IMG/VR virus record: IMGVR_UViG_3300006105_000081
Span: 1-29,953 of that record
Strand: one strand, 5' to 3'
Origin: a virus
Taxonomy: Duplodnaviria > Caudoviricetes
DNA length: 29,953 nucleotides
This document shows positions 18,869 to 28,603 of the stretch, piece after piece. Positions within the stretch are counted from its first letter, which is position 1, and each line of letters begins with the position of its first letter. The position numbers were made by a program, and so were the translations under genes. The notes below the pieces were generated by a model. The model saw nothing but the letters and a program-made list of their open reading frames with translations, did not search any database and was not told where the DNA came from.

Positions 18869-21800
18869 TTAATTCTGTAACTCAGCAGGAGTTAGTGCTG
18901 TTATAACTGTGATATCTGTTGCTTGTGCACAACTTACAAATATTTCATACGGTGCGCTACCGATCTGGTATAAATCACCAAATACTAAGTTAGGATCATT
19001 TGGTACCAATACTACAGAATTAATGTAATCTCCTAACACACTATGTAAGTATGCACTCAATTCACTAAAATAAAAAGTATCACCAAATCCCCAATTATCA
19101 ATGCTAAAATACCTATTGATTTCTGTTAGAACCAATGTACGTATTTCACTATCACTTGCAGTTGTTCCGACATTCTTAATTACTTTAATAGTTGCTTGTA
19201 GGCTCGGGTCTGCTTTTACACCAAACAATGGTTTAAACTTTACGCTATTCATAATCAAACTATCACTTAGCATTTTAAAATTTTCTAAATTGGAATATGA
19301 CTGCATTAGTTCGTTAATACTAGGCGCAGAGGGTTCTGCTATAGTACCTGTTGTATCTGTTATCCAATTTTGATATTGCGTATAATAACTCTGTGTAACC
19401 AAATATAAATCAATAATATTGGTTGTAGCTGGGTTAATGCGTGTTGTTTCGTTTGAGATGTGACGATACTGGAAATATAAACCCTGTCTACCAGTTTTAA
19501 CCGTGTAATTGTTTAATGAACTTACTGTCAATACATTAGCATTTGTTGGGTCTTGTACTGTGACATAGAATGCATTTTCAAAAGCTGCAAAAAATACAGT
19601 ATTTGCTGGATACTCATAACGAACTGTGGTAATATCTGCCAATGAACCATATTGATATACGATTTCACTGGTAGGTATCATAACATATCTAGACAACATA
19701 TTTGCATCAGTCAATTGTTGAAAGAATGTAAAGTATTGATAATTTGAGAATCCAGTAACATAGCCGGTTACTGCAGCAAAAAAGTCTGGGTCACGAATAA
19801 AATTAGTAGTAGCATCTATGGTTGAGACTTCAACACTATAATCATCTACATAACCATCTGTTTCGGTTGGCTGCCCAACAACATATAATTTTATATCTTT
19901 AGCCAAAGCGTTATTACTGATTGGTTGACTATTTGATTTTAAAATTGTTATATAATCTTGCATCAGTTTTCCCGTTAGAGGATCATATATAACTTTATCT
20001 CTATCAAAACTAAATCTTATTTCATTAGCACTTGCAAAGAAATATGCAAGACTACGGTATGTTACTAAGTAGCTTCCTGAACTTTGGCTCTTAAAGGTAA
20101 CAAAAGCATTTGCATCTGTAACTGTACTACGGCTCCAACGGGCTTGATTAGCTAACATAGTATTGTCAAATACTAACGAGAAATCATTTTTAAGATTGAT
20201 TTGTGTGATGCAATCTTGTATCAATGTTGTTCCCAAGTTATTTGTAAATGAAGGAATAATGGTAGTCAATCTGCATTTGTCTGGTACTAACACACTCAAT
20301 ACAACAGGACCTACTCCACTACTTAAATTACCAATACCACTATTAGAACCATCCCCAGTGACACTAGTTACACTAGCCCAAATATAAGTAATGTCACTTG
20401 GACCTGCCAAACCCCCAACCAATTGATTACTTTGATCAAAGTAATAACCAGGCGGTGCAACGAATCGTAACAATGCACCTTCAGTTATATACGCTACATT
20501 ACCTGTAGCATAAACACCAATTCCGGCTGGACCGTTGCTATTGTAAAAGTATCCAGTTGTTTCATTGTCAACTCTACTGGTTTGTCCCCAATAATAAATG
20601 CTACTTAGTGTAGTATATGTCATTGTAACCCAGGGGAAAGTTTGAACATAAAACTGTTGTGAGCGTGAATTGTTAAGTACGTTAGCTAATGTAGTTGTTA
20701 AAAAACTTGCAATACTGCTTGATCCGTTAGGTGTGAATGTGGTAAATCCATCGGATGGATCCATGTACAAACCACCGTCATCAGCAAAATCATTTGTGCT
20801 ACTGAACTTGGCAGTTGGATCGAGTAGGTCATAATTTCTACTTACACCGACGCTACTGCGATTGATTGCTTTGCTTTTAATAATTGAACTGTATAATGTA
20901 TACGGGAAGTTATTATAGTCTTCTCCGTTAACCATACGATTTTGTGTATAGTATTGCTGTGGTGCACGACTCTTAATATCAGTCAATGTTTCACGTGCTT
21001 GTGCCGTTGTTACAGGAAGAGTTAGTTCCATAACCAATGACAATGTTTCTATGCGATTATTTTTACTTAGATAATTGAGATTAATTGATATACCATTAAG
21101 CTCAGTTGGATTGATTGTGTATGTCAATGCATTTCCTGAGCGAACAAATGCAACAAAAGTGCCAACTGGTATTTCACTAAACACGCCGTCACCAAATTGA
21201 TAGCTAACTTGATCATTGAATCTACTGATTACGCTAAAAACTTTTCTTTGATTGCCTGCCAACTGAGTATTTTGATTTGCATAGATGTTGTCAACCTGAG
21301 TCCATTGAGTCAATGCACCTGTTGTTGTATTAACTTCAAATAACCACGTATCCGTATTGTTTATACCTTCGATATTGATATCTACCACTTGATTGGTTGT
21401 TTGTTCTGCAATATTAAAAGTGTATTGTTGTAAGACTCCTTGTTTAAAATAAACAAAAAATCCTGTATTTGGGCTACTATAGCCCAATTTATCATTGCGA
21501 TATAAAATATTAAATGGTGAACCTGGTACAGGGCTCTTTTCGTATAAAGAATTTGAATTAACGCTTGAAACACTAACACACTCAAAATTCATTGAGTTAC
21601 TATCTACTGTTCCAGTAAATGAACTTGTTGGTATATAAGTTGGAGGAATGTTTACTCCATATTCATCAGTTTGAACATCTAAAATAGTTTGAGTATTACC
21701 CGGACGTCCTACACGTTGACTAGTAACTAATGATGCATTGATGATTGCGTTAAACTGTTGTTGCCAATTTGGATTAGCAGGATCGTTCCATAAAACATTA

Positions 21801-22219
21801 ATATTACCCAAGTTTAAACCATTAATGTCGCTAACTGGTTCAGATGTCTGAATACTAACTAACTTTAAAAAACCTTGACCGGTGATATTTCTTTTAGGTG
21901 TATAGCCAATTAAGTTTGCAAGTTTGATAACACTATCTCTACGTTCAGCAGTATCGATAAAATTTTCACGTGAATTTAAATCATCACGAAACGCTAGACC
22001 CTGACCCATAAAGGCAATAACATCTAGTAAAGCAATGTATTCACTACTTTCTACATAGTCATTAAATGTTTCAGGGTAGTATGCACGTAGATAATCTACA
22101 AAATTCTTACGCAATGATTCATAATCATAGCTTTGAAAATCTGCACTGTTGTAGGTTTTGTAGATTGACTTCCAATCATTTACCCCAAAAATATTTGATT
22201 GTCTTGAACTTGTGGCCAT
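18869..22219 (-). CDS. Baseplate wedge subunit, T4 gp6-like (baseplate J family), 1116 aa
   Basis: Motifs include DYESLR..FNDY.ESSE..ALLD..A, ENFIDTAERRDSV..LA..IGY.PKR, FGDG.F..IP.G and ET..DIK.RAP..YYTQNRMV..EDY. The gene follows the gp25-like gene. Confidence 0.9.
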   Translation of the reverse strand: MATSSRQSNIFGVNDWKSIYKTYNSADFQSYDYESLRKNFVDYLRAYYPETFNDYVESSEYIALLDVIAFMGQGLAFRDDLNSRENFIDTAERRDSVIKLANLIGYTPKRNITGQGFLKLVSIQTSEPVSDINGLNLGNINVLWNDPANPNWQQQFNAIINASLVTSQRVGRPGNTQTILDVQTDEYGVNIPPTYIPTSSFTGTVDSNSMNFECVSVSSVNSNSLYEKSPVPGSPFNILYRNDKLGYSSPNTGFFVYFKQGVLQQYTFNIAEQTTNQVVDINIEGINNTDTWLFEVNTTTGALTQWTQVDNIYANQNTQLAGNQRKVFSVISRFNDQVSYQFGDGVFSEIPVGTFVAFVRSGNALTYTINPTELNGISINLNYLSKNNRIETLSLVMELTLPVTTAQARETLTDIKSRAPQQYYTQNRMVNGEDYNNFPYTLYSSIIKSKAINRSSVGVSRNYDLLDPTAKFSSTNDFADDGGLYMDPSDGFTTFTPNGSSSIASFLTTTLANVLNNSRSQQFYVQTFPWVTMTYTTLSSIYYWGQTSRVDNETTGYFYNSNGPAGIGVYATGNVAYITEGALLRFVAPPGYYFDQSNQLVGGLAGPSDITYIWASVTSVTGDGSNSGIGNLSSGVGPVVLSVLVPDKCRLTTIIPSFTNNLGTTLIQDCITQINLKNDFSLVFDNTMLANQARWSRSTVTDANAFVTFKSQSSGSYLVTYRSLAYFFASANEIRFSFDRDKVIYDPLTGKLMQDYITILKSNSQPISNNALAKDIKLYVVGQPTETDGYVDDYSVEVSTIDATTNFIRDPDFFAAVTGYVTGFSNYQYFTFFQQLTDANMLSRYVMIPTSEIVYQYGSLADITTVRYEYPANTVFFAAFENAFYVTVQDPTNANVLTVSSLNNYTVKTGRQGLYFQYRHISNETTRINPATTNIIDLYLVTQSYYTQYQNWITDTTGTIAEPSAPSINELMQSYSNLENFKMLSDSLIMNSVKFKPLFGVKADPSLQATIKVIKNVGTTASDSEIRTLVLTEINRYFSIDNWGFGDTFYFSELSAYLHSVLGDYINSVVLVPNDPNLVFGDLYQIGSAPYEIFVSCAQATDITVITALTPAELQN

Positions 22220-22236
22220 ATGTATTCTCTTTTATA

Positions 22237-22244
22237 TATTTATC
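22237..22244 (-). promoter_or_regulatory. Late-promoter-like octamer GATAAATA
   Basis: It lies in the 43-nt gap between the gp25-like and gp6-like genes, 17 nt upstream of the gp6 ATG. Confidence 0.65.
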
Positions 22245-22262
22245 GTACAAAAAACCAACGAT

Positions 22263-22712
22263 TTATACCGCTGATGCAGTTCCTGATCCTTGATCAAAGA
22301 ACAATGCTAATGTTGTAGGATTATTAAATGGGCTAACTGCTAATTCTATCGTTACCATAACACCTGAATCTTTTGAATTTACTGTTATAGAGTTTAGTAT
22401 TAATCTAGGATCTAAGCTAGCAATTCTTTGAATTTCTGTTTCAATTTCATAGGTTGTATCTACTGTATTTGGCTCAAATATAAAAGTCCATAATGTTGTA
22501 CCGTAACCGGGTTTGCCTGGTTTAGTACCTTGTTGAATATTCATTGCATTGATAAAATCTTGTATTACCAATGCTTCATCAGTCGTTTTAAATTTAACAC
22601 CATTTGTAGATGGTGTCTTGTTAATACCTATTGTATTGGTATAACCAGGAGTATATCCATTGGTCATGACATTGTTTACATTTTGTGTGCTAAATCCAAT
22701 ATATGTTGACAT
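22263..22712 (-). CDS. Baseplate wedge/sheath initiator, T4 gp25-like (GPW_gp25 family)
   Basis: The motif LVIQD.IN..NIQQG.K...P.YGT.LW..IFEP...I..EIQRI...DPR, the size (149 aa) and the position between spike and gp6 all fit. An AGGA SD lies upstream. Confidence 0.9.
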   Translation of the reverse strand: MSTYIGFSTQNVNNVMTNGYTPGYTNTIGINKTPSTNGVKFKTTDEALVIQDFINAMNIQQGTKPGKPGYGTTLWTFIFEPNTVDTTYEIETEIQRIASLDPRLILNSITVNSKDSGVMVTIELAVSPFNNPTTLALFFDQGSGTASAV

Positions 22713-22723
22713 GTGTTTTCCTA

Positions 22724-25700
22724 TTAAACAGTAATGTTGTTAAGTTGACTATTTAAGTCATCTAGTTTTTTAGCTGATGCAGTAAATGCCGCATCAGCAG
22801 CAGTTGCTTGTGCACTATCAAGACCATAATTATCTTGTGCAGTTAGTAATGCGTCTTTTAATTTTTGATAGTTTGCTTCTTCTGTCGCTATTTGTGTTGC
22901 TATATCATTTACGCTAGCAATCGCGGTACTAGTAGCAACAGGGGCGCTAGGACCTTCTGCAATAGGTGGAATTCTATCATCACCAAGTACTGCGGATAAC
23001 TGTTTGGTAACACCAGTTGATGCAGGGCTTGTATCAGTTGCTACTGTAGCTATTGCCACAGATACTGATCCGCCACCTAACGATGACACACTTGATTCTA
23101 GTTCTTGTGCCGCAGAAGAACTAATACCTGATTTAGCAAATGCCTCTAATCCGGTAGTACTTATTTTTGATTTTAATGCATCTACTTGATTTGATATTCC
23201 TGACAATCCTGAGCTTGCAGCGCCTTTAATTTTATCAGCAACATTGGCTATATCACCCACGCCCGGTATAGAAGATGGGCTAAGAGATGAAACTTTCGAT
23301 ACAATATTTGTTACTGATGCAACACCTGCACCCAGCGCATTGAGTCCCGGTATACTGGGTATTGCAGACCCTAATGAACCTGTAAGATTAGATAAAGTGC
23401 TTGCACTACCTGTTGATCCTGCTACACTATCAAGTGCTGATTTAGCCGCATCTTTTGCTTCTTTCAATTTTGTCAAATTAAGAGGTGATCCTGATGTCAA
23501 GTCTTCAAAATCTTTTAACACATTTGAGAACATACCAGAAGTAAATCCTTTAAGTGCGGCAGTTGGGTCAAATGATCCAAGTGTTACTCCACTAAATGCA
23601 CTCATCGCTTTATCGGCAAGACCGCTGGCAAATCCTGCACCAGACACTAGACCTTTAATATCACTGGGCAATGCACCGGTTACCGATGCAGAAATATCTG
23701 AAACAGATGGAATTCCGGGAATAGATAACCCAGCACCGCTAGCTATTGTAGATGTTAAATTTTTAACTGCGCTTATTCCTGCGATTGCACCACCTGTTAC
23801 TAAACCTGCAATTTGTGTACCGCTTTCATTCCCAGAAATAGTTCCATCTGCCGTTAATGCACTTTGTGTTTTTGCCATTAATGACGTCATTACATTTGCT
23901 TGAGCGGCGGGGCTTGTAACAAAATCTTGTGCAGATTTGATACCATCTTTACCTGTGAATAAATTTGTAGGTATTGCGCTGGCAATATCCATACCTGATT
24001 GTATATTTTTATTTGCTATGATAGATGCACCTGCCTTAAGGAATCCTGCATCCTCTAAATGGCCAGGTTGACTACCATATGCACCCAATACTGCACATGA
24101 CACCCCGTTATCTGTAACTACACCTGCACCAGCAGTAACTGCATCTTTTAATGGCCCTGTTGCAGCGCTAACTGCGACTTGTGACAATACCGCTTTAGTT
24201 GTTGCATTATCAATTGCTTTACTAACCGGTGCTACAGTAGGTGTTGTTGCCGCAATTGCAGGGCTAGTAATATTCGCCGGCGGTGTAGATGTTGCTGTAT
24301 TTACCGCCGCAGTAGTCGCATTTGGACTTGCCGGTAATGCAGCACTTGAACTATTATCTACTTTAATATCAACACCAAAGTTTGCGTTTGCCCATGGGCT
24401 ATGTGCCGGTGCACGACTTGTTATACTAGGCAATAATCCCGGAGCAGGTGCCCAACCTTTAGTATCATCACGCAATGTATCAGGGTGTGCATTAATTGGT
24501 AATTGTTTTACTTCTTGAGGAGTTAGTGATGGGTCACCGCTGTTTAATTTAACATTAGTGCCGTCAAGAACAACAACAGAGTTATTACTTTTAACACCAT
24601 ATTCTCCACCGCTTAGTATTGATGTCTTACTCTCATTCTTTTGAGTATATTCACCTTTTGTATAACCTTTAAATGTCGTACCCACAAATTGTGAAGTTTC
24701 TTTATTACTTTCTGTTCTTATATTCTCAGCATGCATGTTAATGTCACCATTACCATCTTTACCGGCATGCAAATTAATGTTTCTATCCGCATGTAAATTC
24801 AAATCACCTTGTGTTCTAATGTTAACTGAATTGGTAGCGTACATATCAATTGTACCTTCTTTACCTAACTCAATATAACTCTTACCATTAGCATGCATAA
24901 TAAACAATGTCTGTGCAGCATCATTCATTATAATTGTGTGACCTTGCGCAGTGCGTAATCTTATTAGTTGATCATTACCTGTAACATCACCGTCATCCAT
25001 TACAATGCTATGACCACCTAATCTACCAATAATTTTAAATTTATCATCAGATATACTGCTATCTTTGATAGCATCACCTATAGTAGCATCTGTATATCCA
25101 CCTTGATATATAGGTCTTCCTGGAGTGCTTATACCAAACACATGACTTGGGCTTTCACGCATACTACTTGATCCGATTGTACCTCTATCAGGATCACGAA
25201 TTAATCCTTGATTGAATAATATACCGGCTTGATAGCTGTGCACTGGTCTGGGTTGAATAGGTAGTACTGTATTATCACCTTGTGCAGGGTTTGCATTGTT
25301 AATTTCACTAACTGGTAAACGAGTTGCACCACCGTAACTTTTTGCTTCACCACTGTTAGTTATTACACTATCGCTTGATCCTAAAGCAGGTACCATGTGA
25401 TTGATCCCTGCAATGGGTAATGCACCTAAGTAGTAACCTTTACTCGGGTCACCATTTAAGAATACACAAATAACTTCAGTACCAATGTCAGGTGGAGTCA
25501 TCCACATTCCATAACTATTAGGATTAGTTACATAAGTTCCATTGTCTGATTTTCCACCTGTGTTAGGTGTGTATCCAAAGAACGGACTCATATAGTTTAC
25601 TGTAGTCCAACCTTTGGGGTTATTTTCATCAGGATTAGAGCCTTGTCGTATTAAATATACTTGAATCTTTCCTGTTCGTGAATCATCAATATTGTTTTTA

Positions 25701-25804
25701 ACAATACCTTTAACTGCACTAGGAATTAGTGTGGCGCCACCCCTGTCATCTTTGCTTGACTTGAAGCTACCCGTTTGTTTAATTATATCTTCATTTGCAC
25801 TCAT
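22724..25804 (-). CDS. Central baseplate spike, T4 gp5/VgrG-like, with long C-terminal extension (1026 aa)
   Basis: N-terminal OB-fold motifs: GIVKNNID..RTGKIQV, GMWM.PPDIGTEV.C.F.NGD...GYYLG. Beta-helix entry: GHSIVMDD..IRLRT..GH.I.MND..GKSYIEL..EGTID, followed by repeats GDLNLHADRNINLHAG. An AGGAG SD lies in the end of the upstream gene. Confidence 0.85.
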   Translation of the reverse strand: MSANEDIIKQTGSFKSSKDDRGGATLIPSAVKGIVKNNIDDSRTGKIQVYLIRQGSNPDENNPKGWTTVNYMSPFFGYTPNTGGKSDNGTYVTNPNSYGMWMTPPDIGTEVICVFLNGDPSKGYYLGALPIAGINHMVPALGSSDSVITNSGEAKSYGGATRLPVSEINNANPAQGDNTVLPIQPRPVHSYQAGILFNQGLIRDPDRGTIGSSSMRESPSHVFGISTPGRPIYQGGYTDATIGDAIKDSSISDDKFKIIGRLGGHSIVMDDGDVTGNDQLIRLRTAQGHTIIMNDAAQTLFIMHANGKSYIELGKEGTIDMYATNSVNIRTQGDLNLHADRNINLHAGKDGNGDINMHAENIRTESNKETSQFVGTTFKGYTKGEYTQKNESKTSILSGGEYGVKSNNSVVVLDGTNVKLNSGDPSLTPQEVKQLPINAHPDTLRDDTKGWAPAPGLLPSITSRAPAHSPWANANFGVDIKVDNSSSAALPASPNATTAAVNTATSTPPANITSPAIAATTPTVAPVSKAIDNATTKAVLSQVAVSAATGPLKDAVTAGAGVVTDNGVSCAVLGAYGSQPGHLEDAGFLKAGASIIANKNIQSGMDIASAIPTNLFTGKDGIKSAQDFVTSPAAQANVMTSLMAKTQSALTADGTISGNESGTQIAGLVTGGAIAGISAVKNLTSTIASGAGLSIPGIPSVSDISASVTGALPSDIKGLVSGAGFASGLADKAMSAFSGVTLGSFDPTAALKGFTSGMFSNVLKDFEDLTSGSPLNLTKLKEAKDAAKSALDSVAGSTGSASTLSNLTGSLGSAIPSIPGLNALGAGVASVTNIVSKVSSLSPSSIPGVGDIANVADKIKGAASSGLSGISNQVDALKSKISTTGLEAFAKSGISSSAAQELESSVSSLGGGSVSVAIATVATDTSPASTGVTKQLSAVLGDDRIPPIAEGPSAPVATSTAIASVNDIATQIATEEANYQKLKDALLTAQDNYGLDSAQATAADAAFTASAKKLDDLNSQLNNITV

Positions 25805-25806
25805 GT

Positions 25807-28602
25807 TTAGCTCCTAGGATCAGCACCAGCTGAAACTGTAGTAGATGATTTTTGTGTTGTAGTATTACCATCATCTATTGCAGTGGATGATGATGTATTA
25901 TTTGTACTGGTTGGTAATGTTACTGCATTATTAGCAATAAGTGATCTAGGGTCACTTGCAGCGGTTAATCTTCCACTAGAATCAAGTACAGGTGCTGATG
26001 CGGCTGATGAGCTAGTTGATCCAGATGCAGTTGCACTAGTTGCACTTGTACCTGGTGTATCTTTGAAAGGTGGAATTGCAACCTTTAATTCTTGTGTAAA
26101 TTTACCTTTGCTAAAAGTACTAGTTACTTCCCAAACATTATATGCTACACCGTTAATCTGATTTGCAATACTAGCAGGATAATTCCAAAACATAATATCA
26201 CCGTCATTGGCTGGATTTAGTAAACCAGTATCTGTTTTATCATAGTCTTCTGCATCTCTAAAGTTAACTTCAATAAAAACTTGACTAGTGCTAGGATTAA
26301 TTGTATATCCATCCTCACCGTAGTATTTTTTTATTGCAACATCAACCCCGCGGCACGAGCTTGTCATTAAGTAATCAGGATCACCTAATATGGTAATTCT
26401 TGCTTTTAATTGATCAGAGGGGCTATACAAAAAAGATTTAACTGAACCTAAAGTTTTAGAGAACCATCCGCCCTCTTTACTAATACTTTGTTGATCATTT
26501 GCAAGTGATCCAGCTGGTGCTGAGTCATCAGTATTATTGATACCAGCTTTACTTCCTTGCCCTGCTAAGTTAAAAAACAATAAATTGTAATCTTGCTCAT
26601 ACCCTATAATTTCTTTTGCATTTTGTGTATCACCCATATAATAATGTTGATAACGTTTATAGGGTCCTGGGTAATTAGATTTTTTACCTATATTAATACC
26701 ACGAATATAAGGAATCTCATAACGTTGTATTACATAATTTATGTTACAAGAATAAGTTTTTCTTATGTTGTCGTACTCACCCAAAGTGACACAAGGGGTA
26801 ACATGATACCACGCCAATATATCTGATGATGCAGCGCTATTAACTGTGTAGTCTTTATCTGTATCTAATACATTTAGACTTTCTTTATCTTTGATACCTA
26901 ATGCGTTTGTAATATATGAACTTTGTGTGATGACCCTATCTATTATAGATAGAATAGGTTCATCAGTTACTGTCAACGGTTTTGTCAATTTTTGTACAAC
27001 AGGGGCTTTCTCTGACAATCTTACATTGACTTGATTTGCATTGGTTACAGCTTTAACTGGTGTATTTTGTAGAGTCACATCTGATAACTCTATCATTGTT
27101 GCTTCATCTATTTTACAGTTTGGTGCAAATGTTATTTGATATGTATCTGGTTTTGCCAGTCTACCATCTTTTTGTAAATTAATTTGTCGTTGATTCAAAT
27201 ACTCTACTAACCCAGTAACATTACCTTTAGTTGATCCTGTTGAGTTTCCAACCAACATGTCTTTTACTGTAGCACCCTTAAGTTCAAACGTTTCGCCGGT
27301 TGTTCCTCTATATTTACCCAATGCAAACTGTTCACTAACCATTGATGCTTCTATATCATATACAATTAACTTATTGTCTAGTTTAAATTTAAAACCTGTA
27401 ATTTGAATTGGCCAACTGCGTTCAAAAACAGAATCCTTTTCTGTTTTTGTAATATCTGCTTGTGGATAGTTTGATGGATCAATTAAGTTTCCTTTAGCAT
27501 CATATCCATAAAATCTTACTACTAACAAGAATTGTGTTTGTAGTGCAACTATTGTTTCATTAATTTCACTATCTCGTCTAATCTTGCTATTCTGTTGCGT
27601 ATTTACAGCAGCTTTTACCAATTGAGTAGGAAATTTAAATCCATATGGTTCAAAAACTTGAAAATGAAATTTAAAACTATTACTTGCAGTTTGTGTTTCT
27701 TTACTACTAACCGCAGTTACTATTTGTAAGTTATCAATATAATAATCATAAGGCATTTCAGCCGCACGTGATGTTTGTTGATTAGCATTAGGTGTGTTAT
27801 TTATACCACCACTGCGACAAATTAATTTCCAATCAGTAGGTATTAACTTTCCACCAGAACTGTATGTGTTAAACGAATCTGGATTTATCATATACAAACT
27901 GATATTGTATGTGTAGCTACTGAAGTTTGACAGTGGGTTTTCTCGTGCTGGATTAAGCGGGCTACCGGCTGTATTTGTGCCATTAGAATTACTAGGTGTA
28001 TTTGTGGTACTGCCTGATATTGCAGTACTATTACCAGTACCTACACCATTAGATGATGAACCACTTGACCCAGTAGAACTATTCCCGGTAGTACTGTCAT
28101 CTGAACTACTTGTATTTGAATTTGTGTTTGCAGGTGAGTTTCCTGAACTAGTCGGTGATGAAGAACTTGAAGACGAGTTGTTTACAGGTGTTGGTGAATT
28201 TGTGTCTGTTGTACTTGTTGATGAACTTGCATTACTTGAATTAGCTGCACTTTGTGCTTCATTTAATGCTTGCTGGTCTTGATTAAGTTTTTTAGTAGCA
28301 GACGTGAGGAGAGATGTATTGTTTTGTAAAGTAGCTTGTGCATTTGGTATTGTGTTGTTTACGTAATTGTTTACTGTTATTTGATAGTTTGCCGCTTTAT
28401 CCTCAGCCGCTTGTCGTTCGGGTGAACCAGCAGGTAAAGATGCTGCTAATGCATTAGCGGCATCCAATTTTGCTTGAAAAGAAGTTAATGCAGATTGAAC
28501 TGCCTCTAAATTACTCTGTGCAGTATCTACACTTTTTTGAGCAGATGCAACCTCTTGTGTATCGCTATTAACTATATTTTGCAGGGCGGTTATATCTGCC
28601 AT
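25807..28602 (-). CDS. Baseplate hub protein, T4 gp27-like, with N-terminal coiled coil and Ser/Thr-rich linkers (931 aa)
   Basis: The core starts at NPLSNFSSYTY. Hub-type motifs ITILGDP and Y.V.EVTSTFSKGKFTQEL are present. The gene lies between the gp53-like and gp5-like genes. Confidence 0.7.
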   Translation of the reverse strand: MADITALQNIVNSDTQEVASAQKSVDTAQSNLEAVQSALTSFQAKLDAANALAASLPAGSPERQAAEDKAANYQITVNNYVNNTIPNAQATLQNNTSLLTSATKKLNQDQQALNEAQSAANSSNASSSTSTTDTNSPTPVNNSSSSSSSPTSSGNSPANTNSNTSSSDDSTTGNSSTGSSGSSSNGVGTGNSTAISGSTTNTPSNSNGTNTAGSPLNPARENPLSNFSSYTYNISLYMINPDSFNTYSSGGKLIPTDWKLICRSGGINNTPNANQQTSRAAEMPYDYYIDNLQIVTAVSSKETQTASNSFKFHFQVFEPYGFKFPTQLVKAAVNTQQNSKIRRDSEINETIVALQTQFLLVVRFYGYDAKGNLIDPSNYPQADITKTEKDSVFERSWPIQITGFKFKLDNKLIVYDIEASMVSEQFALGKYRGTTGETFELKGATVKDMLVGNSTGSTKGNVTGLVEYLNQRQINLQKDGRLAKPDTYQITFAPNCKIDEATMIELSDVTLQNTPVKAVTNANQVNVRLSEKAPVVQKLTKPLTVTDEPILSIIDRVITQSSYITNALGIKDKESLNVLDTDKDYTVNSAASSDILAWYHVTPCVTLGEYDNIRKTYSCNINYVIQRYEIPYIRGINIGKKSNYPGPYKRYQHYYMGDTQNAKEIIGYEQDYNLLFFNLAGQGSKAGINNTDDSAPAGSLANDQQSISKEGGWFSKTLGSVKSFLYSPSDQLKARITILGDPDYLMTSSCRGVDVAIKKYYGEDGYTINPSTSQVFIEVNFRDAEDYDKTDTGLLNPANDGDIMFWNYPASIANQINGVAYNVWEVTSTFSKGKFTQELKVAIPPFKDTPGTSATSATASGSTSSSAASAPVLDSSGRLTAASDPRSLIANNAVTLPTSTNNTSSSTAIDDGNTTTQKSSTTVSAGADPRS

Positions 28603-28603
28603 C

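Noticed and set aside
8045-21585. Short minus-strand alternative-frame ORFs (8045, 11453, 11684, 21382)
   Set aside because: They are nested out of frame in long genes, 67-75 aa long, with no recognisable features, and are consistent with chance.
22242-22262. ATCGT/ACGAT inverted repeat with a T run after gp25 as a terminator
   Set aside because: The stem is only 5 bp and the U-run lies in the loop rather than after the stem.
27798-27805. Perfect TATAAATA on the minus strand
   Set aside because: It lies inside the hub core domain with no evident downstream gene start, and is plausible by chance in AT-rich DNA.
703-28282. Plus-strand ORFs in the track (e.g. 703-1146, 23244-23903, 25883-26161, 27977-28282)
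   Set aside because: They lie antisense to well-supported structural genes. Their Val/Pro/Leu-rich translations are the expected mirror of Thr/Gly/Ser/Asn-rich codons, and I recognised no motifs in them.
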